Source: the human T2T-CHM13v2.0 reference genome, Homo sapiens | Length of the DNA: 64,000 bases | Strand: one strand, 5' to 3' | NCBI RefSeq assembly: GCF_009914755.1 | Contig: NC_060942.1 | Shown: positions 54,250 to 64,000 of the stretch, in pieces | How positions within the stretch are numbered: the first letter of the stretch is position 1 | How the letters are laid out: every line of letters begins with the position of its first letter | Position numbers and translations under genes: made by a program | The notes under the pieces: generated by a model | What the model saw: only the letters and a program-made list of their open reading frames with translations | Database searches by the model: none | Told to the model about the DNA's origin: nothing

Positions 54250-54556
54250 GGCCAGCCACAGTGGCTCATGTCTGTAATCCCAGTGTTTTGAGAGGCTGAA
54301 GCAGGAGGATCACTAGGCACCAGGAGTTCAAGACCAGCCTAGGATATAGAAAGACCCCATTTCAACGAAAAAAATAAAAATTAGCCAGGCATGGTGGTGC
54401 ATGCCTGTATTTCTAGCTACTCAGGAGACTGAAATGGGAAGATCACTTGAGCCCAGGAATTCAAGGTTACGGTGAGCTATGATTGTGCCACTGACCTCCA
54501 GCCTGGGCAGCAGAGCAAGCCTTGTCTCAATAAATAAATGAATGAATACATAAATA
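54250..54556 (+). mobile_element. AluJ
   Basis: J-type caaggttacggtgagctatgat; aaatgcacag on both flanks. Confidence 0.93.
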
Positions 54557-55869
54557 AAATGCACAGGCTTTATGTCAGTCAGATCTCTACGTTGAAGTAA
54601 TAGACCTTTAAAAACTCTCCCAAGTCAACCGAGTTGCTTCCTACTGTGGTTGCAGAATCAAAACTCCTTTTCCATGGCATCTTTCAACAAACATATATGA
54701 ATTTTGAGTTCACTGCCATTTATCTGGGCATCTTTAGGAATTCTTCTATATTCCTTCTTACAATGTGAGCATTTGAGTAAGTATATAACCACACCTCTTA
54801 TAGTAGGAATTTGCACTCTCATTTGAATGTTGAGGCAGCTGGCTTTCTGTGTTTTTGTTCACATGCTGCCTCAAAAATAAAACAGCCGTTAGAACATGTG
54901 GAAAAGGCAAAAGTAAAATAAAATAACAGCAGAAGCCATGCTTCTCAAGGTGTGTTAAGGACACAAGAATAGTGTCTAAAGTTGAGCAAGAGTTCTCCAA
55001 GCATGAAGATCATTAAGTTTCGATTGGTCTGGAAAGAAGATAGAATTCATTGATCTGACCATTATCAATAAATGTATCCATTAAGCACCTACTGCTTAAT
55101 GTATGTATGTAATACATACATACAAAGCACTGTGCTAAAATTGTGTCAGGTGCACAAAGGCTTAACATTACTGTTTATACCATGACAGGAAGAGCAGTCT
55201 AGGGAAGGAGAATAGTAAATGCATTTGAAAAGATGACTAACATGACAAAAAATATGGTTGAAGTTCAGCTTCAAAGATCCCTGTCTCTCCTTCCCAGGGG
55301 ATGCTGGACAATAAGGTTTTGTCTTAGGGCATCATCTTGACAATAGAGATAATAGCCTCTACAGCAGTCTCTGCATATGACCAGGGCTCAGAAATGATCC
55401 TATGTCCCCCAGTCTCAGTTTATCCATCAAGGAAAACTGGCTTCCCACTTCCCATTGCTTCAGAAAAAGGGCACTTCTCTCTCATTGGCCAACACATTCC
55501 TAGAATATAGGCAGAGGATAAAATATCTAATTACCTTTTAACTCAACTATGTTAGCTAACTGCAGGGCAGGAGCACAATAAATCACAACACTGTCACAGT
55601 TGGGTTCATTCAGTTGGGTCCATCCAGTTAGCCAGTACAAAGTTATCTCTTCACTCATGAACTCTTTTGAACCAATACACAATCACCATCTGAATCTCCA
55701 ATATTATGGCCTTCTGTCTTTTCAAAACAGAGGAAAAATGCACCTGAAATGGGAGTTTTTCACATACAAGCTTTTCTTTCCATCTCAGTCCCTGAGCTAC
55801 AATAGCCACAAAGAGAATCTTAAGAAAAACACAAGTTTGATAAATGTGTTCTGAAGGAGTTCAGAGATG

Positions 55870-56300
55870 GGCAAGTTTAAAGAGAAGTTGAGGGTTCAGC
55901 TTAGCTTTGAGGAATAAAAAGACATACAATGGTGATGAGAAGGACAGATATTCCAAGCAAGCAGAGCAAAGGCACAGACAGAAATGCATTGGCAGGTTCA
56001 ATCCCTTCCTGGACTTGCCAATGCAGGGACAATGGGAGATGTGGTTAGAAAGTTGGGTTGGCAGCATACGGGGATGGCCTACAATGCCAGGAGAGGGACT
56101 TTCCTCTGTGAATGTGAGACTGGGAACCATTTTTGATTTGTGGTGAGAGGACAGCTACATTGAGGGCAATGTCTTAGAAAGCATAAATGTGCTGCCTGGA
56201 TGGATGATGAGGTGCTGGAGGCCAGAGGGAAATAGTGGAGACTTTAATAGCAGTTTGAATAGAAAGGAAGGAGTGTTGTGAGAAAATTCTCTACACTCAG
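55870..56300 (-). mobile_element. L2 fragment
   Basis: Purine-rich reverse L2 text (atattccaagcaagcagagcaaaggcacagac). Confidence 0.55.
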
Positions 56301-56339
56301 ATTGGGTGTAGAGAAAAAAAGAAGAGATGAGGTAACTCC

Positions 56340-56940
56340 CAAAGGAACCAAGAGACTAGCCATGCAATCTAGAGAAGATTCAAGACTGGAGCCAGCTGCC
56401 CAGGTTTCAATTCTGTCTTTCACACTCATCAGCTGTGTGAAATTAGAGGCATTCACTTGGAGTTTCTGTGCCTCAGTTTATAATCTGTAAAATGCAGATA
56501 ATACAGTTGAGCATCCCTAATCCAAAAATGTGAAATCCAACATGTTCCAAAATTTGAAACTTTTTGAACACTGACGTGGTGCCACAAATGGAAAATTCCA
56601 CACTTAACACAAACTTTGTTTCATGTACAAAGTGATTTAAAATATTGTACAAAATTATCTTCAAGCTATGTGTATAAGGTGTATATGAAACATAAATGAA
56701 TTCCATGTTTAGACTCAGATGCTATCCCCAAGATATCTCATTATGTATATGCAAATATTCCAAAATCTGAAACAATCTAAAATCGGAGACACTTCTTGTC
56801 CCAAGCATTTCAGATAGGACACTCAACCTGTAATATATGGCTCATAAGGTAGTTGTGATATTGAGTTAAAACATGGAGAATAGTGCCTGGCACCCAGCAA
56901 CAGCAGTATGTTTAGAAGCTATTGTTGGTGCTATACTTGT
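56340..56940 (+). mobile_element. MIR SINE split by Tigger4
   Basis: ctgtgcctcagtttataatctgtaaaatgcagataata before and gaatagtgcctggcaccc after the transposon. Confidence 0.8.
56504..56830. mobile_element. Tc1/mariner-superfamily Tigger4 (Zombi/MER46-like) non-autonomous DNA transposon
   Basis: Inverted ends cagttgagcatccctaatccaaaaatg / catttcagataggacactcaacctg, with TA on both sides. Confidence 0.88.
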
Positions 56941-58823
56941 TATGCAAAAATCAAGACCAGTAGCAGTAGGGACAAAAACTAAATCCTTTCAGAAATTGCT
57001 CTGGTGAGAATGGAGCCATTAACTGGAGGAATATATTACAATAAGTCATTTTACATTTACCATTAGGATATGAAGTCCCCATTCATTGCCCCTGCTTCCC
57101 TAACATGTATTTCCCCAGCTACCCTCATGTGTCCAGACCTCCTAATGCACCCATCCTAAAATTTCTAACCCTAGTTTATTTGAATGGAAGTGAAATTTCA
57201 TTTGGGATACTGGTTGAAAGGGGATTTTAAAATCATTTCTTAAGTAGAAAAGCATTGCTCTTAATGCATTGAGAGAGCCAGAAGCCTCCAAGAGACACAC
57301 TTTTCAAAGGACATTGCTCTGAATATTATATAATCTGGGCATCTGAGGTTGAAAATAAATCCCAGGCACATTTCCCTCTTGCCCTGCCTCAGACAAGGGC
57401 ATTGCCAAAGCTCTCAACCACATTTCCCCAACTACAAAGCAAGGATAAAAATATAAATATTACTCCAAGAGGAACTGCACTCATTTGAAAGAAAAGGAAC
57501 AAGGGAAAAGGAATAAATAAAGAAAAAAGAGAGTGCATATTTGGAAACTATTACACTTTATTAGATTGGGAGGAGGGAGGCATTGTGGCATCTAAACACT
57601 TAAGGCAAGAAAGGAGCTGGGAAATAGGAACACCACTGGCCCTAGCCTCTTCTCCACAACTGAGCCACAGCTGGACTTGGAACAAATTGCTTAATCCTTA
57701 CATGCCTTGGTTTATCCTGGGATGTCATGAAATTTCCCTAATGTCTGATCCTCCAGGTTCCTTAAGTGGCAGGTGGCTGGAGTAAAGGCATCATTTTCAT
57801 TCAGCTGGTTTTCATTTTCTAAATATAATAAATGATGAAGGTAGCAATGATCAGTACTGACGTAACACAACAACCAAGGGGCTCAAGGTGTCTATAGACA
57901 CCATCATTACTCTCAAGGTTTTTGCTATTTTTGCTCTACATTTTGTTACCCTTGGTAATGACTGTTGGCTCCAAGGTATTTACAGTCAAAAAACCTTCCT
58001 ACTTTAGACAGAAACTTTACTCATGCTGTTTTAAAAGATCCCAAAGTGTGATATGTCTATCCAATAGTTGGAGGAAAGATAGAACTGAAGTTTGAGGCAA
58101 GTTAACTTTTTTCTGAAATAGGCCATCACCATTCAAGATAAATGTAAATTTATGATCTGATGGACACCCAAGCTTTTTATGCATGTACAGGCTCTTCCTG
58201 GTGTGTGCAGTCATGTCTCTTGTCCTTCACAGGGAGGTTTATAATGACCCTCATTTTCAGACTCAATTCCACCCCAATTCCTGAGCCAATTCTACCTAAA
58301 GCCAAAAGTCTATCCATTGTCTCAGGCCACCCTGAACACACAGGGCATCACCTTGAACTAGCGATAGGCCCAGATACAACTGCTGGGTTCACACCTTTCC
58401 TCCAAATTCCCTTGCTGTTCATTTATCATATCCAGTTCCTAGATTCCCAAACTCCTCAGGGTCAGCTTTCCCTGCCATCAACCCCATGCCCACCTCCCAT
58501 GCGTACTCCCCAGGAGTCCCATCACTCTCACCAGTTACCTTCCTAGTTGCCCAGGCACAGACTGGACAATGGCCATCTCAACAATGGCTTAGGGAGACAT
58601 GTGACCAATATCCACAAGGTCTCTCCAGGCCTTGAAATTGTGTCAACCCTCTAGAACCATCTAATGGCCCTAGAGAGGGGGAAACTCTGAAATAATTGAG
58701 ATTAAATTCACTACCAGCACAAAGTGATAGAGGTTCTAATAGAATTGTATTTTAGAAAATAAAATAATTTTACATGCCTCTCTGAGTTTGGAGCTGCAGT
58801 CCATATCCCCACCATTTTGCCAG

Positions 58824-58901
58824 CATCCATCCTCCTGGGATGGGCCTGCTGCAGTCCCTGCTGGCTGGCATGATGCTGCCAATGGACAGAGCTCTCTGAT
58901 G
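58824..58901 (+). other. Candidate 78-nt plus-strand exon (unverified)
   Basis: ccccaccattttgccag|cat ... atg|gtaagt; one frame open (HPSSWDGPAAVPAGWHDAANGQSSLM). Confidence 0.25.
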
Positions 58902-60579
58902 GTAAGTGACTCCCCACCTGACTCCAGTGGCTGAACAGCCGGCTTCAGCACCTCCTCCCTATGGTACAAACTGTACCAAAACACTTTCTCTGCCATTCCT
59001 TCCATCTTGGTAGGGACAACCCAACCCTCTTGCCACTTGATTTTCTCCTAAAAACCTAGTACACTCTTTCTTAACCAATGGGTCGTCTCCCCAGGAAAAA
59101 GCACACACCCATATACACAGGGAAACGTATTTTGGCCACAGGGATTCACTGACACATCAGAGGCCAGTGTATGAACTCCAGATTAAAAATCCCTGCCTTT
59201 GATACATACAGCTCAACACACACTCAGTTCATCTTGCTACCCAGAAAACAAGAAGCGACATGGACACCCACCCCAGGTCCAAGCCACTGATGGCAATTGT
59301 AGATGCTGCAAGGCAGCCATCTGGATTGACTGCCTCAAAGAATGACCCCTTCTGGGCATAATTCCAGAACACTCATGTGTAAAATTTATGGCTTTACTTA
59401 GAAACTAAATAATGCATGTCATTTTTAAAAGATACATCTTAATTATGCAATAATCCATTTAAAGTAGGTTTTAGTGGAAGGACTGGGGAGAGATTAGTCT
59501 ACAATCCCAACTGGGAATAAATACCAGTAATAAATACCCCAACAATGGGAGCAGAGACCTTCCTGGCCCATCCTGTCACCTCCCAAGCCTTAGGGCAAAG
59601 CTGGGGAGAGAATACTCCAACATCAACCCACTGATTATGTCTTCTGTGGCCTGGACCAGAGATTCTAGAAAAACAGATGTGGAAATGAACAGTTAAGATA
59701 TAGAAAATGGTTCCAATTTTAGCAGATACCATGAATAGCTAGCTGTACTTTCCTTACTCTTCCTTTTTCCTCATGAGGGTTCTGTGGCTAGAAACAAGGT
59801 ATTGATGGGACTGAGATCGTAAGATTTTGCCTCCTTTCCTCTTTTGCTAGTAGTCCTATCCATGAGGGCCAAAGCTAAGACTAGGATGAGAATATATCAT
59901 AAGTATTTTCACTTCTTTTTAAAATACATACACTCATGAAATCAATGTTTGGAAAGATTTTGTCTCCTAGAATAAATCACCCATATTTTTTAAAGATCTC
60001 TAAGAAAGTTGACTCCCCAAGTTTTTAGCCAATATTTTATACCTGACAATCACACATTCAACCGTTATTAATATTTATTGTGTATATACTAGATGTCAAG
60101 TCCTATTCCAGATAGTACAGATATAACAAGGGCCTGCAGAGATCCTATGCAGTGAGCTGGCTAACGTTGACCAAGTGTAACATCTACAAGGAAAGAGAAG
60201 CGTGGTGTCCCCATAGGGGACCCAACCTAGGTAAGAAGTTCCTCCTCATGTCTAACTGAAATATGTCTTGTGTTATTCAAGTTCATTTTTTCTTCACACA
60301 AATAGAGATGAGAAAATCATTTCTTTTGTTAAAACCCTTATAAAATGGTTACATTCATGAAATCTTCTCTTTTTCTTCTCTTCTGTTGATTAAACAGTTC
60401 CACTTCTTTTAACATTTCCTCACAGGACATATTTCCTTGCCTTTAATAATAAGTTTCCTCTTATTGGGGCAGACCTTTACCATTTATAAGGCACTTTGTG
60501 GTTTACAGAGCACTTCCGCATCATTATCACACTTTGATCTTCACAACAACACTGCAAGGAAGGTGCTGCAGATATTTGC

Positions 60580-61420
60580 TGAGCGCCAAGTATGCCCAAA
60601 CCACTATTCTAGGGCTGTGGGGGCGCCCGTGCCACTTTACACTTGTCCCCATTGAAATTTATCCCAGCTTTGTGGAGCCATTTTCTCAATGAGTCAAGGC
60701 CATTTTGAATTTTATTTCTGTCTTGCTGAGCAGCAACAACTTCACCTAATTTAGTGCCTGCTGCAAATTTCATGAGGATAATCTTAATTCCTTCATCCAG
60801 CCCATCAAAATAGCTATTGAGTAGGATAGATCCTAGCCCCAATACCTCTGAGATAGCACTCAATATGTCCCCCTAGATTGATAACTCCCCTTGGGGTGAA
60901 GCCTTCTATCCTCTAGCAGAAGTGTAGACAGAAATATACTTTAATAACATATCAAAGACAGTGCCTTAGTTAAGAAATCAAAATCTTTACTAAAATTGAG
61001 ATAGATCCCATCAATCAATTCCACTGGTCTACATAGCCTCTCACAATCATGGGAGGAAATTAAATTGGTCTGGCACTATTTGCTCTTTACAGAGCTTTAC
61101 TGATTGCTACTTAGTATTTTATGTCCTTTCAGGTGCTATTCAATTGATTATTTGGTGATTTATTTCAAGATCTTCCCAGGTATCGATGTTAAGCTCACAG
61201 TTCTGAAATTTTCAGGGTCATCCTGTCTTTCTCTCTCAAAGATGGGCACCTCGTTTACCCTTTTGCTATCCTTAGGGGATTTTCCAATCCTCTGTGATTT
61301 GGGGGAAACACTATCTAACAGTCCTAAGATGAAAGTTGAAAATTCATTCAGTATCCTACAGGGCAAGCCATCAGGTCCTGCTGACTTGAACATATTAGGT
61401 TTTTCTAAGTTTTCTAACTA
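60580..61420 (-). mobile_element. CR1/L3 LINE ORF2 (reverse transcriptase) remnant
   Basis: Collinear CR1 motifs on the minus strand: KSAGPDGL, VPIFE..DDPENFRTVSLTSIPGKIL, CQTNLIS, IYLNFSKDFD, LDEGIKIILMKFAAGTKLG (decayed KFADDTKLG), FNGDKCKV. Confidence 0.92.
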
Positions 61421-61589
61421 TGCAGTCCTTTTGACCTTCTGTCCTCCTATTACAATTGGGACTTATTCCAGGCAGCAATTTATAGTTGTTATTATCTTCC
61501 CCCTGGGGGAGGGGAGTGAGGATGACATTGTAAAAAAATAAAATAAATAAAATAAAAAGCTCTACTTTTTACTCTCTCTTCTGCTTTAG

Positions 61590-61965
61590 CATCTCGGGCA
61601 GAGACCATGTCATGCATCCAGATCCCGTTTCCTTTTCCTCTTCTTGGCCATCCCGGAAGACTGCATTTCCCAGCCTCCTTTGCATTAAATTGGGCTCATG
61701 TGATTGGGTTTGGGGCCAATCTAATGATGGAAAGAATGATGCACACCACTTTCTGGCCTGAACACAAACTCTCTGCATGATCTTCCATATTTTCTCTTCT
61801 CCTTTGGTAACAATGTGGTCAGTGCATGTTGATGCAGGACCAACACAAGAGAAGGGAGATTGGACACATGGAGAACACTCAGGAAGGCTGCCCTAGAGAA
61901 TTTCCTGACTTGCACTGAGCTGTGACATAAATAAGAGATGCACTCTGGTACTGTTAAACCACTAG
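61590..61965 (+). mobile_element. MaLR LTR (MLT1J/K-like)
   Basis: ctgcatttcccagcctcctttgca...catgtgattgggtttggggccaat...ctgttaaaccact. Confidence 0.7.
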
Positions 61966-62507
61966 CTAATAGGAAGTTTTCTTTATGTCGATCTAAAATC
62001 TCTCTCCCTGCCGTCCTCTCACACTGACCCGAGTTTTACCCTTTGAGACAGACAGGGAATATTTCTCTGTCAATTATAAGGTAAAATTGTCTAAGTGTCC
62101 ATTTTTGATGAATAAAATACTTAAAGAATATCTTTTCTTATTTTCTATTATGTTTCCTAGGTATATATTTTTTATTTCGACCTTGCTAATCAGTCATACT
62201 ATTTTATATATTTATGTAAATTGTGATTTCATGTTGAGGAGACCTTGCCAAAGGACCTTAATCCATCATATGCTACACAAAGAGAAAACTGACAAGATCA
62301 ATTTTTTTGTTATAAGAAATTACAGCGGGTTAGATAACTATGTATGCATGTGTTTTAATTTGAAAAGGTTCTGTAAAATTACCTACTAGAAAGAAAAATG
62401 TAACAAATACCTGAGTAACCATCACCCAATGTTTCTATGTCTTAATCTATAAAAGAAACAAAACAGCCCAAGTGCCTCAGTTCCTTCCTTGGTCTCATTT
62501 CCCTTAA

Positions 62508-62669
<162 letters not shown>

Positions 62670-62677
62670 TGAACTAC

Positions 62678-62678
<1 letters not shown>

Positions 62679-62722
<44 letters not shown>
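62679..62722. repeat. (GATA)11 tetranucleotide microsatellite
   Basis: Read directly from the sequence. Confidence 0.97.
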
Positions 62723-62728
<6 letters not shown>

Positions 62729-64000
62729 TTATAGATATGTGTGTATATATGTATATATATTTGATCATGAAGAATGTATTATATTCTGTGTTTTTAGTTT
62801 ACATAAATGGTGGTATGTTTATCTCTACACAACTTGATTTTTTTTCACTTACTGTTATATTTTGAGACATAATCAATATGATACATATAGGTCTAGTTTA
62901 TTCCTGTTTAACTGCCTTGTGGTATTAATCCATTGTATAAATACAGCTAGAGATTATTTCTCCATTTCCCTGTTCATTAATGGACATAGGCTATTTACAA
63001 TTCATCACTATTACAATAATGCCAGTTATACTCTGAAGTGGTTATACTGCTTTTCTTTCTCACAAGTTATGTATGCCAGTTTGTATTTCACCATTCCTTA
63101 ATCAGTACTTGGTATAGTTGAGATAGTTTTATTTTTGCTAGTCTTCTAGATCTTCCTGTTTAAATCTGCATTTCATTCTATTCAGCCTTCAATTTTCATA
63201 AGATTCTTCTATAAGGTATTATGCATATTATTCATATAAATTATTAAATATTTTATAGTTTTATTCATACTATAAATGACATATTTTTGTACTGCTGCAT
63301 TTTCTAATTTTGTTCAATTAATAATTTTCTGAAAGGACACAGGATTTGTAACAACCAACCCAGGAAAACAACATCTAATCAAAAAATTTTTTAATTTTAA
63401 AAATATTTTATAGTATTTTTATTTGTTAATATAAGGCTCAGCCTTCATGCATTCAACAAATATTATTTAATGGCTACTAGGTTCTAGGCCCACACTTAAC
63501 AAAGGGGCCACTCCCTTGAGTATAAGACAGGCAATGCCTGCAGTTGTGGTCCCATTGACAATCTAATGGTGCTCAATAAATAAGCAAACAAAAAAATGAA
63601 ATGGAATATTTTTATATTTATTGATAATCTACTTCCCATGATTGTGGAAAATTCAGTAGCTCTTGGGACTCCAACCCTCCCTCTAAATTGTCCAAACCCC
63701 AGAACACAAGTACATATATTTGCTTCTTTCTGCCATGTGATGTCACTGCAAGAAACTGAGCCCCCACTCTGCCACAGATGATACTGTCTTCTGTAATTGC
63801 AGAGGCCTGCCCTTCACCACACTAGCCCTGACACCCATGTGCTCCTGCCCATACCACGTCAAACACCAGTACTTGGACTTTCTCTTCTACATCCCCACTG
63901 CTTGTGTCACTGAAGAGTAGCAGACAGTGTGACTGTCCCCTCAATGCCATTTGAGCACAATTTAACACATTTTCTGGGCACAGGTACACTTCCTTCTACT

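Noticed and set aside
61104-61541. 145-aa plus-strand ORF
   Set aside because: Antisense shadow of the CR1 RT remnant.

Overview
Primate (most likely human or great-ape) nuclear DNA, intronic or intergenic in character. About half is interspersed repeat: roughly 13 Alu/FLAM copies, a full-length 7SL (RN7SL) retropseudogene, young L1PA and old L1M fragments, L2, MIR, two CR1/L3 remnants, MaLR LTRs (MLT1, MST), a Tigger4-type DNA transposon and several microsatellites. I recognise no protein-coding gene. The protein-like ORFs in the track are L1 ORF2 (7465-8157), CR1 reverse-transcriptase remnants (60.6-61.4 kb) and Alu read-throughs. The unique DNA holds (i) a chain of minus-strand exon-like segments compatible with a spliced lncRNA or small ORF that I cannot name, (ii) motif-dense candidate enhancers (PBX/MEIS cluster at 10.3-12.5 kb; RFX, USF/TFE and ETS module at 31.75-31.95 kb) and (iii) a nested hairpin at 45.08 kb. 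The clearest unexpected signals are short locally templated insertions at 13.2, 26.8 and 53.1 kb that look like fossil DNA-repair scars. I see no convincing new biological system. Repeat subfamily calls come from recalled consensus similarity, and boundaries of old repeats are approximate.
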